The position numbers and the translations under genes are program-made. From positions 55,366,001 to 55,430,000 of the forward strand of contig OX597822.1 of NCBI GenBank assembly GCA_951406725.2: a DNA stretch of 64,000 bases. Reading direction: 5' to 3'. The first letter of the stretch is position 1, and the number at the start of each line of letters is the position of its first letter. This document shows, one piece after another, positions 26,365 through 39,811 of this stretch. The notes beneath the pieces are model-generated. The model was not told the origin of the DNA and did not search any database. It saw only the letters and a program-made list of their open reading frames with translations. The stretch comes from Octopus vulgaris. Lineage: Eukaryota.

Positions 26365-27128
26365 CCTTTTAGCATTCAGTTTTCTCTGTGAAATGTAAGG
26401 GTAAAGACTGCCTTCAGTCATGAATGACTATGGGATTACACCTAGAAAATTATGTTCTGAGATACAAGTCCGGGCAAGATTGTCTATGGAAGACCAGCGT
26501 TGTCTATGCATACCTGTCTCCCCTTTCCATGCCACTGATGTTATCCAAGGGAAAGGCAAAGGCTGATACAGCAGCTCATTTATACAGCTGAGTGAACTGG
26601 AACAACATGAAATAAAGTGTCTTGCTCAAGAACACAACATTGGGAATCGAACTGACTACCTCATGATTGTGAGCCCAATGCTCTAACTGTTGAGCCATGT
26701 GCCTTTTTGTCAAATGTAATGCTTATATATTTACGTTAATTTGAATTGGTCATGCATTATCTTGTAACTTTGAAAGCAGTGAGTTGGCAGAAACATTAGC
26801 ACACTGGGCGAAATGCTTAGCAGTATTTTGTCTGTCTTTACATTCTGAGTTCAAATTCCGCCAAGGTCAACTTTGCCTTTCATCCTTTTGAATCCAATAA
26901 ATTAAGTACTAGTTGCATACTGGGGTCAATCTAATCGACTGACCCCCCCTCCCCAAAAATTTTGTGCCTTGTGCAGAAAAGATTATCTTGTAATTTTGAG
27001 ATTTCAATGATATGATAGTTTATTTTTGGAGCAATAGTGTAGGGGTAAGTGTGAAAGGCTAGAGTTAGCCAGTTTGAAAATAAAACAAAATATTTTGGCT
27101 GGATAAGGTCAGTTTAAATGCTAAAGGG
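26365..27128 (+). mobile_element. piggyBac-like MITE interrupted by two nested SINEs
   Basis: ttaaccttttagcattcag...taaatgctaaagggataa. SINE inserts at about 26399-26705 (-) and 26774-26981 (+), each with a TSD. Confidence 0.8.
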
Positions 27129-27269
27129 ATAAATGATAAGGATGACAATTATCTAATAGTCATAATTTGGCTCTTTAAATGTACACCCATTCTCCCTCAT
27201 GCAGTAAATGTAAAAGAATTGCAAAACATTTTTGATACTGTAAATTAATTTGTATTCATTGTTTTCTAG

Positions 27270-27318
27270 TGGGTTTCATTGGTATTACCTTTCCTACAAC
27301 CTTCATAAATATCTACAG
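27270..27318 (+). CDS. SELENOI: SELENOI/EPT1 internal exon (equivalent to human exon 7)
   Basis: Acceptor ttttctag|TG, donor ACAG|gtaagc. 49 nt, translates (M)GFIGITFPTTFINIY(R). Joins the phase-1 end of the previous exon to the phase-2 start of the next. Human equivalent GCALCVTLPMSLLNFFR. Confidence 0.88.
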
Positions 27319-27944
27319 GTAAGCAACTTTTGTATTTTTTTACATTATAAATGTCCCTTGTAATTTTCTTCTCCATATTAAGTAGAAATTAAATGATTTT
27401 AATACATTTGGAACAAGATGTATTTTGTACCTAAATTATTTCATATAAGATGCTAGTTTCTTTTTTCCCTAGATTTCTTTTAAATTTTCTTTTTTTTTTT
27501 CACTTATATCTTTTTCCTTACTTTTCTCTTCAATTTCATTTTGACCTTTTCTGCTTCCATTTTCTTTTTTCCTTAACTTTTTCTCTTTTTCTACTCTCTA
27601 CCTGTTCCTTTCTTCTGTTTGTCCTTATTTTAATTCTCTTTCATATGTCACTTTTTTCTTTGAAATTGCCACCTGCTCTAACAATTTTTCGTCTTTTGTT
27701 AAGTAGCACAGTATTGTTCTGTGGGGTAAGCTGAGAAGAGGTAATATATTTGACAATCCTATCACTATAGTAAAAATATTTAAGCAATGAAAACTCTGCC
27801 TACTTTTCAGTTTTTTTTTTTTTTACCTGCTTGACTGAGTATGCTTAAAATTAAGTTTGAGTGAGTTTTTTTCACTATAGTAATAAGAGTGTTATATATA
27901 TCTCCTATTACCAGCTTACCACACAGCAATACTATGCTACTTAA

Positions 27945-29069
27945 CCCTTTTGTTACCAAACCGCCCAAAGCTGTCTGAAAAAATTTTAGGTTATTACCTA
28001 TTCATAGGTTAATGTGACCAAACTTAATGCTTGGTTAATGTTACCTATTCATATTTAAATGAGAATATCAGAGCAAATCTCTTTAGTGCATTCGTGAAAA
28101 CACGTGATTATGCTTCGTAAACAGTTCATCTACAGTTTTGTACAAAGATCGACGTGTAATTTTAATTCCCTGAATTTTGGGAGATTTTTTTCCACATCGA
28201 TTTTTCTTCAACTTTGAAAATAGGAGTTTCATGTTATCAAGCATTGATTCCGAATTGGAAAATTTGTGAAACAAATCCTGGGTACTGTTGTGGATTTAGT
28301 TTTTATACAGGGAAACTAATATTAGTCAGCATGGCTTAGGGTGTGATGTGGTCTAGAAGTTATTGTTTGAAGCGATCAATGCGGAAACAAACTTACACAG
28401 AACGTAAACAAACACAAAATGGGGGTTCAAATTTTGGAAAATTTGTGAAGCAAATACTGGGTACTGGGTACTGCTTGGATTTAGTTTTTATACAGGGAAA
28501 ATAATGTTAGTCAGCATGGCCTAGGGAACGATGTGGTCTGAAATTTATCACTTCCATACCATAACCAGGGCCGTATATTATTTTTTGACCGATTTTTTTT
28601 AGTTCGGTCAAACTTACGGTGGATTCCAATATTTCAGTTTATTCCACCTTTATGGTACACCTGTTGTGCATTAAATTCAACTGATGATATAGTGATGTGC
28701 ACAATTCTTCTTTATCAAAATGTTGTTGCATACCCATTTGAATACTAGCTGATGATTCATTTTCTATGGTGATGTTTAAACAAAATTTTAATATTTTTAC
28801 CTTTTGCTCATTTTTAAATTTTAATATTTTTACCTTTTGCTCAATTTACCTGGATTTACCTGTAATTAAAGTCACTTTGAGACAAAAGTTAAGCAATAGA
28901 ATTGATTAAGAACCCTTTCTTTAATTATGTTCCAAATATCACATTAATATGTTGATAAGTAAAAAAGTTACAGTTATTTAATGAAACAAGTGTAGATTCA
29001 TGATTATTTTAGAATTTAATTGAAACTCATGAGGGGTGTATTTTGGTCAGAAATATAGTAATGAAAGGG
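27945..29069. mobile_element. piggyBac-like non-autonomous element (1.1 kb)
   Basis: TTAA|CCCTTTTGTTAC ... GTAATGAAAGGG|TTAA. Contains an internal direct duplication of about 100 bp. Confidence 0.75.
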
Positions 29070-29339
29070 TTAACAAAGGACAAACAAAATTCTGAAGTTG
29101 TGTCTGTATTAAGCTATCTGTGTATCATTCATGCAGCTCACTTTGTGTTCTCCTAATTTGAACTGACCTTCAACAAGCTCTAAAGAGGCAGGTGCATTAC
29201 AACCAACCAATATAAAGAACCTCTACATGATTGCTTGACCTTTGGATTGTTAGAAAAGAGAGAAATTTCTCTCAAGTGATACTTTATATTCTTCTTCTTC
29301 AAAAAAGTAAAATAAAGAAATAAAAAAGCTGCATAATGC

Positions 29340-29722
29340 AGGCGTAGGAGTGGCTGTGTGGTAAGTAGCTTGCTTACGAACCACATGGTTCCGGGTTCAG
29401 TCCCACTGCGTGGCACCTTGGGCAAGTGTCTTCTACTATAGTCTCGGGCCGACCAATGCCTTGTGAGTGGATTTGGTAGACAGAAACTGAAAGAAGCCCA
29501 TTGTATATATGTGTATGTGTGTGCGTATATGTTTGTGTGTCTGTGTTTGTCCCACCTCCCAACATCGCTTCACAACCAATGCTGGTGTGTTTATGTCCCT
29601 GTAACTTAGCGGTTCGGCAAATGAGACCAATAGAATAAGTACTAGGCTTACAAAGAGTAAGTCCTGGGGTCGATTTCTCGACTGAAAGTCACACTCAAAT
29701 GACTGAAACAAGTAAAAGAGTA
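29340..29722 (+). mobile_element. Full-length CORE-type SINE
   Basis: End-to-end match to the dominant family. Confidence 0.9.
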
Positions 29723-30404
29723 ATGTTGTTCTAAATATACTGGCTGAATAAAGACAGTTTAGTCATGACTAAAAAATCTTTAATCACAGCTCTGTTCAGT
29801 TAGTGTTGCTCTGGGGTTCAACAACAGCCACGACCCATAATAGCAAGTCTCTATGCAATTCTTGATCTAGAAGAAATAGAAAAGAATCTCTGAAAGTTAT
29901 TGTTTTAGAAAAGGAAACAGATACTTTGGATGATACAGTCCAAGATACACTTTGAGTTAAAAAAAAAAAAAACCCTGAGAAACTACAGCTTGATCAAATC
30001 GGGGCAAGTCTAACAACTAACTTGTGGATAAGGAGTCTTTCTTTTAAGTATTAGGGCTGTGTAACTGCTTCATTGTACAAAATTCAAATGTTTGTGTGAT
30101 TTCCTCAGCTGCTTTTTGTTTCAACTATTTAAATGACTTTGATGACATATCACATTTAATATTTTCTCCATATTTTCCATAATATTGCATGTCAATTGTT
30201 GGTTTAGAAATATTACATTCACTTGTATTTTGCATGTATGTTGGGTAATGACTGCAAAAGTATGATTACGAATGCAAGTGGCCAAAACAGGATTTCTCTG
30301 AAAAATGTCTGGAGTAATGTTACTCAACAGTGCATAGTTTGGAAATCAAGCAGTCTCTCCAGGTCATGCCTCTATTACTCTGCATTGAGAGGTCATGATT
30401 CTTG

Positions 30405-30505
30405 TACTATGGACATGTGATTACAATGTCACAGGAAGGAATCACAAAACAGATTCTTAAAGCCAAACCAACTGGCAGGAGACCCAGGGATAGACCAAGA
30501 ACTGT
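30405..30505 (+). mobile_element. Short RTE LINE fragment
   Basis: Encodes YYGHVITMSQEGITKQILKAKPTGRRPRDRPRT. Confidence 0.7.
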
Positions 30506-30835
30506 ATCATTTCACATTCAATATGAGAATAAATCTATTCAAAATGGAATAATTTTATACTATATAATATGCTTTTTGGAAATGAATAATAAATAAACTT
30601 GCTGAATAAATTGGCTATGAATGGAATGATGTAATGCAAAAATTTGTTTATTGTTAGTGATATATAAGTAATTAAAGCAAAAATATTGTATTTTTTATTC
30701 TCATTTTGAATGGAATTAATCTTGTTTTGGATGGAGTTATTCCATTTTGAATGGAATTATTCTTATATATTGGATGTGAAATGGGATTGTTGGAATATAT
30801 CATTTGGTCATGCTTGGGAATCTAACTAGGAAGTC

Positions 30836-31037
30836 TAATCCTTTTGCATTCAGATTACTCTGTCAAATGTTTATTGATTCACAGTTCTCTTGTAGCTTCA
30901 AAATTTTGATAATGCGAGATTGCCTATTCTTAGAATGACATTGTGCAGAGTAGGTGTAAAAGACAGATTTGACTAGTTTGTGCATAAAACAGCTAGAATA
31001 TTTGGGCCTGATATGGCTGGTTTTAAATGCTAAAGAT
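30836..31037 (+). mobile_element. Short piggyBac-like MITE (diverged)
   Basis: gcattcagattactctgtcaaatgt...ggttttaaatgctaaag, same family as 45723-45954. Confidence 0.7.
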
Positions 31038-31549
31038 AGGAGGAGGTGTCTGAGGACACTGCTCCCATGAACCTCCACAAAATAGTGTGTGGAGAAGATG
31101 GATGTGTGGATGGAACTTTTAGTTTGTTAGTGGTTTGTTAGAGCTTTTTAGAGTTGATAGTGCATTTCTTAACTCCTTGCAGATGGATTTATTACTGACA
31201 GTCTGTGCTGTGTACTGGTTGTTCAGTAACTGTAATTTTTCATACAAGGAATTTTACAGTGTATTTATGGATTCTTCTCTGTGTGGTATATTTGAAAACA
31301 TGGTGCCACACACAGTGAGACATCACACTGACCGAACACACAGTGTTTAGATGCTGTCAGTATTGCTTCTAGTCTGCAAGGGGTTAATTCAGCAACAACA
31401 CTTTTCTATTCTCTTCCTTCTACTTTTTGTACTCTCTTTAATCTAAAGATTTTGCTTTAAACTCACCTGACATGATAGCATGACAAGTGTACTGAATTTT
31501 TTGAAAAATTACTGTACTTCAAAAAACTTACCACTATGCATACTCTCTC

Positions 31550-32135
<586 letters not shown>

Positions 32136-32434
32136 CTGCGCATGTGGTACAATGTTGCACAAGCAAAAAATAACAGCGCAAAAACAAATGATGTGCGATT
32201 GATTGTTTTCTTTTATGCAAATAAAGTAACAAGATGATTACTTATATGTGGACTTGTTGAGAAAAAAGCCATTATTAGAATCACAGTTCATTTGATTCAG
32301 TCAGAGAGATTGATTAGCACCATTGCTTGCAGCAAAATAATATTTCTGATTGTAATAAAACTTGTGGCCTTGAAGCCTATGGCTTTTTGTATAACATATT
32401 CATGAACATTTTACATCTTAAATATAAGCACAAG

Positions 32435-32837
32435 CATAGCTGTATAGTTGAGAAGTTTGTTTCCCTTTCACGTGGTTTCTGGTTCAGTCCTAGTGTGTGC
32501 TCTATAGGCCTGAGTTAACCAAAGACTTGTAAGTGGATTTGGTAGACAGAAACTAAAGAAACCTGTTGTGTGTGTGTGTGTGTGTGTGTGTGTTAGTATC
32601 TCCTTGCCGTGACATTGCATGATAGCTGTAAGTGATCATCATTATCATACAAGTGGTGTCCTTCATTTCTTATATTCTATGAAAGCTTGTCTGGCCAGGG
32701 ATGGTGGAAATATGTTACTTGGAAACGGGTGCAGGCTGGCAACAGGAACAGCATCTGGTCATAGAAAATCTTTCACAATGAATTCCATCCAACCCATGTG
32801 AACTTGAAAAAGTGGATGTTAAAATGATGATGATGAT
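32435..32837 (+). mobile_element. Chimeric SINE: CORE-family head plus RTE-like LINE tail
   Basis: Dominant SINE 5' half and (GT)n, then ggcaacaggaacagcatctgg...ccaacccatg...gatgttaaaatgatgatg. Similar chimeras at about 50765-51120 and 52090-52400. Confidence 0.65.
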
Positions 32838-34326
32838 TTCAAAAGTAAAAGATTTTGTTGTGAACCTTTCAGAACTCTATCATGACTCATAAGTTAAGAG
32901 CTATTATGCCTTTATATCTATGTCATCCAAACACTGTTTATTTGTTTAATGTTGTATATTTGATAATGTATTGTTTTTTTTTTTTTCCTCATTGTACTTG
33001 GGTGAGTAAATAACTATATCAATAGTACTAGAATGTCTCTCCAACTTCTACTTATAGTGGATTTTGAGCTAATACTGCAAGCTAATGTAAAAACAAGTTG
33101 CACTATCAGTGAACAGACTTATGCTCAAAGGCCAATTCTATCTTTCAGATCCAATATATCTAGGACTACTTTATACAGTATGTCCTTTGTTTATTTTATA
33201 CAATATGTCCTTTGGTTTTTGACTTTTTTTTGTTAAGATTTAAAGATTTGACTGCTATTTCTAGCAACTACCTAGAGGCTTCTTTATCATGTAAACTGAA
33301 TATATCTATAGCAGGTTGGTGAGAGTTAAGAATCTTAGCCAGTGATTCTGGAGCAGTGGAATAAGCTATAAACATTAACCCTTTTAGCCTGTAATTTGAT
33401 ATCCTATCAAACTCAACTAGCTGGCTACCCTTCATGCAATTTGCAAAATATTTATTTATATTTTCTTCTAAGGGTAAGTGAGTGGGTACACATAATTACC
33501 AGTAACAATGTTGGTGCATGTGTACCTAAACTGAATTACATTTCATTTTTCAGCAGTTGATAATATTCCACTCATACCACAGGGACTATTATAAAAGCAA
33601 AGCATGCTCAGTAGAACTTCTGACACGATTTTGCCTACTGTGTTATTGTTGTCAACAAAATAAATACCATCGATGGCATTGATATAAATATTTGAATGAA
33701 GGTGGCTTGACAATGGCTGCTCAAAGAGGAGGAATATAAGATTTTTCTTGGTTATTTTTATTTTTCTAACATTCTCTGCTACTGTTTAGTAGACAACCAT
33801 TTATATACATTTACAGAAAGTAACAATAACATTCATCAAATGGTTTTCTGTTTATTTATTTATTTTTTAAAATTAAATTACTTTATAATTGAGTCTATAA
33901 TTACACTTCAAGGAAAATAAGAAGCCCTAAGCAGTAAAGTGATACTGGTCTCAGTTGACAGTTAGGAATTTAAATGATGCTGCCATTTGTTGTGTCAGTC
34001 ATGCCCTTGACTAGTTTACTCTTTCCCACCAGTATTATAAATGGGTTAAGTTTTAAAGCTTGAGGCAATTCCTGAAATCACTTTGAAACTTGATTAATTT
34101 ATTGAATAGAATTAAATCTGTTACTTGTTTGTCTGTTTTTCATTAAATGCATTGATATATATTTCATTAGTTTATATAAATGGCTGGTTGTTTAATTAGT
34201 TATTCACAGTCTAAAGTTTCTTCCGAAAAGGAAACTTAGTGAGCGTAATGTTTCATTGATATCCCATCTATTTCTTTTCTTGGTTTGCTTGCTTGCATTT
34301 ATTAACATTGCATCATATACAATGTA

Positions 34327-35239
34327 TTGGGTCATCCCATAAATAATGCAGTTTTTTTTTACACTTTTTATTTTTCAAAATTAAGATAAACAAAGTTAAT
34401 TTTTAATCTAAAATATTCTCTCTTTCATTTTCTACAATGCTCTTCCACCTATCTGGTAGATTTGCAAGGCCCCTCTTTCAAAATTCGCTTGTCCGTGATG
34501 AAAATTACTCCTCCAGTACTGTTCTGACCTTGTCTACAGAATTCATATTTTTTCCATCCAAATGATTTTCAAGACTTTAGAATAAATGATCAGATGGGGC
34601 AATGTCTGGCGAATATGGTGGGTGGGCTATTGTTTCCTATCCAAATTGCTCCAGCCTTTGGATTGTCATCCTCGCTGTATGCGGCTGAGCATTATCCTGA
34701 TGGAAGAACACCTTTCATCTTGAAACCAAAGATGGTCGTTTTTCTTCTTGAATGACTGGTTGAATGACCAAATCCAAGCTTCTCTGCTAGTTCCTCAACA
34801 GTTAGAATGGGATTCTCTTTCACCAATGTTTGCAGGATGTCATTCATTGAGCTCTACAGATCTTCCTAGACAAGGCTCATCTTCTAGGCTGTAGTTTCTG
34901 GTTTGAAATTTCTTGAACCACCGTTGACACTGGTTTATGCTTATTGTTTGATTCACATATACTACATTAATATTCCTTGCATTTTCCATTGTGTTGTTGC
35001 CTTTATTGAACTCCTAAAACAAAATATGCCAAATATGCTCCTTTGTCCTTCCATTATTGCTTTGAAAAAAATAACTGTTAAAATCGAACTGCACTCGTCA
35101 AAATATGCACTAAGAATAAGTATAAGGTAAAATTACTACCTGCTTTTATAGCAAGTTGATGCAGGTAGTTTATCCCATCCCCCTCTGACTTTTAGTTCAT
35201 GCAGTTGAAAAAAACCACATTATTTATGGGATGACCCAA
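34327..35239 (-). mobile_element. Internally deleted mariner (DD34D type)
   Basis: TA|TTGGGTCATCCCATAAATAATG ... CATTATTTATGGGATGACCCAA|TA. Minus-strand motifs HPPYSPDIAPSD and HQDNAQPH. Confidence 0.92.
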
Positions 35240-35578
35240 TATTTAGCTTGGGTCTTTACATCCTGGTGCACAGGCAAAAACCTAGATTAATTACTTGAGA
35301 TTCTTGCTACCTCATGTTTCTAAATTCACATTCCACCAGGGTTGCTTTTATCTTTATGGAGCAATAAATTGAATACCAGTAATATGCTGAGACAAGGTTC
35401 TGTGTGGGCCACTGTCAAAAGGACTGTTTCTGTTCCAGCTTAGGTGTCTTTTTTAATAACATTCTGAGCCAGAATAAAATGGTTATTAACGGGCAGTTAA
35501 TATGCATAACAATAACACTTGTAGAAATAATATATTTCTAAATGTCTCAGAGAGATTTATGCAGTAGCAGCATGATAA

Positions 35579-35901
35579 AGTGATATTATGTTGTCAACTT
35601 AATGTGACAGTCCCATAAAAGGGAAGAATGCTACTGTTATTTAGCCCTAGGAAACACGGTTTCCTGTTGGACTTGACACCTTTCCTGTGTCCTTATGTTT
35701 TCAAAGTGGTGATAAGCACCTCCACCCAGCGAAGCCAGCAACTAGTTTCAGAGTCATTGCTCATCATCAGTCTGGGATAGCATGGCCTGCTAGCTGTCGA
35801 TGCTTATTTGTCTTTGAAAACATATTTCAAGTGAAATTTTTGAAAATAGAAATAATATATTTTATGGGACTGTCACATTAAGTTGACAACATACTATCAC
35901 T
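35579..35901. mobile_element. Kolobok-like MITE
   Basis: 42-bp TIRs (35579-35620 and 35860-35901, one mismatch), starting AG and ending CT. Flanked by ATAA and TTAA, read as a TTAA TSD with the left copy mutated. Confidence 0.75.
35734..35776 (-). ncRNA. Minimal type I hammerhead ribozyme-like motif
   Basis: Minus strand reads cccaga CTGATGA t GAG caatga CTC t GAAA CTAG TT gctggc. Both core boxes are intact, with stem II GAG/CTC, palindromic stem III ACTAGT and stem I CCAG/CTGG. The pairs next to the core are mismatched. Confidence 0.55.
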
Positions 35902-36912
35902 TTAATAACACTTATGTTAGATTGAGTTGGCATATCTTTATCTCCAATACTTGAAGATACTAAGTGATTTATTTAAGCTTAACAAAATCTGTTGACTCAT
36001 AACATATGTGATGTTATTTGCCCATTAGTGACCTTTACAACACCGTAATGATTTTTTTTTTCCCTATTTGTCAACTCAGAAGAAAAATTAATGCCTATAA
36101 TAGTCTTTTGAAACATTTCTCTTGTTTGAGAATAGCAATAACAGGGGGAAATGCAAAATTTTGATTTCTTGGGTATCAGTGACTTGGCAGAAAACATGGA
36201 CAAAAAGGATTTAAAGATTTTTAGAGAAAATCAGGTTTTTGGTGTGAATTATAATGTGAGCCAGTGTCTTGAGAGTGTTGATTATACTTTGCAAATAAGG
36301 TTGAAAAATTTTAAAGCGTTTTGTACCAATCAGGAAATTGTGATTTTATTTTTGTTATCTTTCACAACAGATGCAGGCTTGTGTCAGTGGCTTACAAAGT
36401 TAGCTTTGCAACCACATAGTTTGCAGTTTAATACTACTGTATGGCACCTTGGGCAAGCGTCTTCTACTAGAGCCTTTAACTAATCAATACCTTGAATGTG
36501 AAGTTTGGCTGACAGAAACTGGGCAGAAGCTCATCATGTATGTGTGTGTGTGTGAATGTTTCTACTTATTTTCACTTGATTATTTGAGCAGAAAACAGTG
36601 ATAATTATTCATGCTTCCTGTCAATATGTCCTATAACTCAGTAGTTCCAGTTTATTGGGGATGTGAAAATCATTTTTGACCTGTGAAAATCATTTTTGGC
36701 CTGTGAAAATCATAAGAGTTGGTCACAAGATGGGCATTTGGTAAGATGTTGAAAACTGCTTCAGAAAGTCTCAGCTAGGATTATGATGAATAAATTTTGT
36801 TTTTGTATCTACAGAACATGGTGTCTTATTTATAGTTTGTATTATAGGATACGTCACTGTTATTGTTGCCTATTGTGATACAGCTGATGTATTGTCTGGT
36901 TGTTTTCTTTAG

Positions 36913-37093
36913 GTCATACAAAAATAAAACTGGGAAAATGCGGTCTTTTACAGAAGCTACGCGGCCACTAGTTTCTACAGTGTTTCTTTTTACATTGCTT
37001 CTTCTCTGGGCTATTTTCTCTAAATATGAAATTATGGAGAAACATCCAAGGCTGTTTATGTGGACCACTGGTACAGCCTTTTCTAATATAGCT
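36913..37093 (+). CDS. SELENOI: SELENOI/EPT1 internal exon (equivalent to human exon 8)
   Basis: Acceptor ttttctttag|G, donor GCT|gtaagt. 181 nt, translates SYKNKTGKMRSFTEATRPLVSTVFLFTLLLLWAIFSKYEIMEKHPRLFMWTTGTAFSNIA. Matches human SYKNNTLK...HPRVFYFMVGTAFANST. Confidence 0.95.
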
Positions 37094-38189
37094 GTAAGTA
37101 TTTCTGCTGGTGAGAAAATAACTCTCTCATTTTGTTTATTTTGGCTATTAGCATTAATTTTAAAATTATCACTGTGAGATTTTTATTAATTAACCTAATT
37201 ATGCAACTGAAAAATTTCTCTCATCATGTTTACAGTTTGTATGTCATCAAGATAAATACTCTATTAGGGTGTGTTCTACAGGTCTGATGTTGCAATCAAC
37301 TTTGCCTGGACACCATCTCTTTCAGAATTTGTTGCTAACTTCAGACCAAATATGATCTGGAGTAAAATATTCCAAAATGTTTCAGCTATTACTGTTCCAT
37401 TTTATTTTCAGACAAATATATCCAAAGCATATTCCAATATGTCTTCCCTTTTTTTAAGATGGTAATGTGTACTAGAATATGCTTCCTATTTCGGTCCATT
37501 GAAGTGCTCACAAAGAAGCTCTCTTATTGGTTGTATCTCTTCAACTGTGCTGCAGAAGACTAGCAAGCTGCTGAATATAAATAATAGCAGAAATATAACT
37601 AACAATTCTTCACCATAAATATGGTGAATAAAAAATATTCAGGAAGAAGTGTAAATAAGAGTGTAAAAGATTTAATGTTGTGTCACATTCCAACTGGGCC
37701 ATTTGAGTGGATGGAATATTACTTACCATATGCTACAGAAATTCAACTTGAACTGGGCTAGCTGGATGATCTCGGGTGAAACCATTTCTTGTTACCTTAC
37801 AAGTACTTTATCACTGTAAGCTAAAGAAACTTGTTATATATCATTTCTACTCTTTACACCATGAAACTATGTATTGGTGTACTGATCCAGCCTAATTTGT
37901 TTTGGCTATAGGAACAGAGCAGTATCAGTGACCCATTGAGTTTATTAATATGGCCGTTCATGATGCTTGCCAAATCACGAATGGTGTATGGCTGTTGTAT
38001 TAGGTGTGCTGTCACACCCACTGGCACCAAATTTCAAGCAGGGTTTTATAATAAAGGCTTTCTCTTAAGATTTGTGATTAAATCAATGTGTAAGGTTAAT
38101 ATCTATAATGAATTTGCCATTTTCAATGGGTATGCAGCATACACCTAGAATATACGCCCCTGCAAATCACATGCATGTATGTGTACTTT

Positions 38190-39400
38190 AATATCATCAC
38201 TTAGCATCCATTTTCCTTGCTAGCATGGTTTGAACAGTTTAACAGGATCTGACAAATCACAGGTTTATGTTGAGTTCTAAACTCTGCTTTGGCATGGTTT
38301 CCACAGCTGAATGCCCTTCATGATGCTAACCACTTTACAGTGTATTAGATGCTTTTTCCATGACGTTACCACTTAAGTAACTCAGAAGACAAAGAAAATG
38401 TCCCCTCAGCTAACTTTGGAGCATAGTTGAGAGGAAGGTGGTTTTATGCTGGGTATTGAGAAGCTAAGATGTGGTAGAGGGACAGGAAAAAAGAGTCTTG
38501 TTGGCTACCTCATTTTTATATAATAGTGGATCAGAGTAATTGGAAAGACAAATAAAAATGTTGGTGACAAGGTGTAAGGGCTTACTCTGAAGATACAAGA
38601 AGGTGAGTATAAACAAGAATACAGACAGGATTGGGAAGGGCAGGTGAGTAAGTTTATAAGAATGTGAGAAGAGTGAAAGATGACTAATGGAAGGTGGGTA
38701 GAGGTGAGGATAGTGGTGAACAGAAGTGGGGATGTGGACAGTGGTAAATATCAGTTTGGTGGGGTAAGGGGAAAGAATAGGAATGACTCAGGAAGGAGGA
38801 GGTGATAAGTGGGGATGAATAAAATGTAGATAGAAGAGAAATAGAGGGATTGATGTGTCTGGTGAGAGAGAAAGATATGTAGGTGACAAATGGAGGTTAG
38901 AGGAGGGTATTGTGAGTGGCAGACAGTTAAGAGCAGTGTAAGTGCCAGATATTAGAAGGTATTAAGAATGAGATATGGCGATCATAAGATGTAGCTCAGG
39001 GAAAGAGAGAGAGATAACTGGTGGCATAGAAAGGTGCATTGGAAAGTAAAGTTGGAATGGATGTTATTGAGAATTAAGGATAATGTTAAAAGAAAGTGGT
39101 TCCAAGGAAAGGGATGAAATATGAGTTCTATTTTCATATGATTACAACAGTTGAATGGTGCTGCAGTTAAGAGTGAAGGAGGATGGATTTTAGGGAGATT
39201 GGAGGGGTAGAACGCTTAACAGGGACTGATTTGGTGCATTTAAGACTTCACCTTTGTGCTGAGGGACAAAGGTGAAGTTTTTTCAAGCATGCTGAATTGC
39301 CAATCATCTTGTTTTTTTGTCATCTCTTCCTGTGTCTTCCTCTTCCACTAGTTCCATCCACATTTAATGATTGGTACTTCTTTATGCAGCTATTTTCAGG
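38190..39400 (-). mobile_element. 3' end of an RTE-like LINE with long 3'UTR (relative of 2180-3350)
   Basis: Minus strand encodes CIKKYQSLNVDGTSGRGRHRKR near 39320-39390, followed by a CT-rich UTR and the tail ccatgctagcaaggaaaatggatgctaagtgatgat. Confidence 0.65.
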
Positions 39401-39628
39401 ATTTAAAAGTGAGATAGTGTACTCAATACATGCACTGTTTATTTATTTGATAAAAGCTGATTCACTCTACTATTTACTTTTTGGCTGTATGCTATTATTT
39501 AGACAAAATATAGAATGTAATTTTCATTTCATTCATCATGTGTAATCAGCAACAGAATGACCCATCAGTTTTTCCCCCCACATATATATGTGTATGTATG
39601 TAACCTTTACTTAACCTTTGCTTTTCAG

Positions 39629-39811
39629 TGTCGTTTAATTGTTGCACAGATGAGTAACACACGGTGTGAACTGATAAACATATTCTTGATACCATTAAGT
39701 ATTATTGTGATAATAGCCCTTCTCCTGCAACCAGGACGGTTGGAAGTTGTCTTTCTCTGGGTATATTGTTTGGTGGTTACCGGCACACATGTCTATTATG
39801 GTGTATCTGTG
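39629..39811 (+). CDS. SELENOI: SELENOI/EPT1 internal exon (equivalent to human exon 9)
   Basis: Acceptor cttttcag|TGT, donor GTG|gtaagt. 183 nt, translates CRLIVAQMSNTRCELINIFLIPL...THVYYGVSV. Matches human CQLIVCQMSSTRC...AHIHYGVRV. Confidence 0.95.

Noticed and set aside
33253-33266. GCTAGAAATAGC on the minus strand, identical to the Cas9 sgRNA tetraloop hairpin
   Set aside because: A 12-nt GAAA-tetraloop hairpin belonging to a dispersed host repeat. No other scaffold sequence is present.
33671-33700. GAT GGC ATT GAT (DGID) as the missing catalytic exon
   Set aside because: Followed by INI-stop rather than GKQARR, and it lies downstream of exons 6-7.
36662-36713. 20-bp tandem repeat (tgtgaaaatcatttttg.cc x2.6) upstream of exon 8
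   Set aside because: Ordinary short slippage duplication with no evidence of function.
36795-36912. Strong-looking upstream acceptor (tctacag at 36814) for exon 8
   Set aside because: It adds 98 nt, shifts the frame and meets a stop codon. The acceptor at 36912 gives the conserved 181-nt exon.
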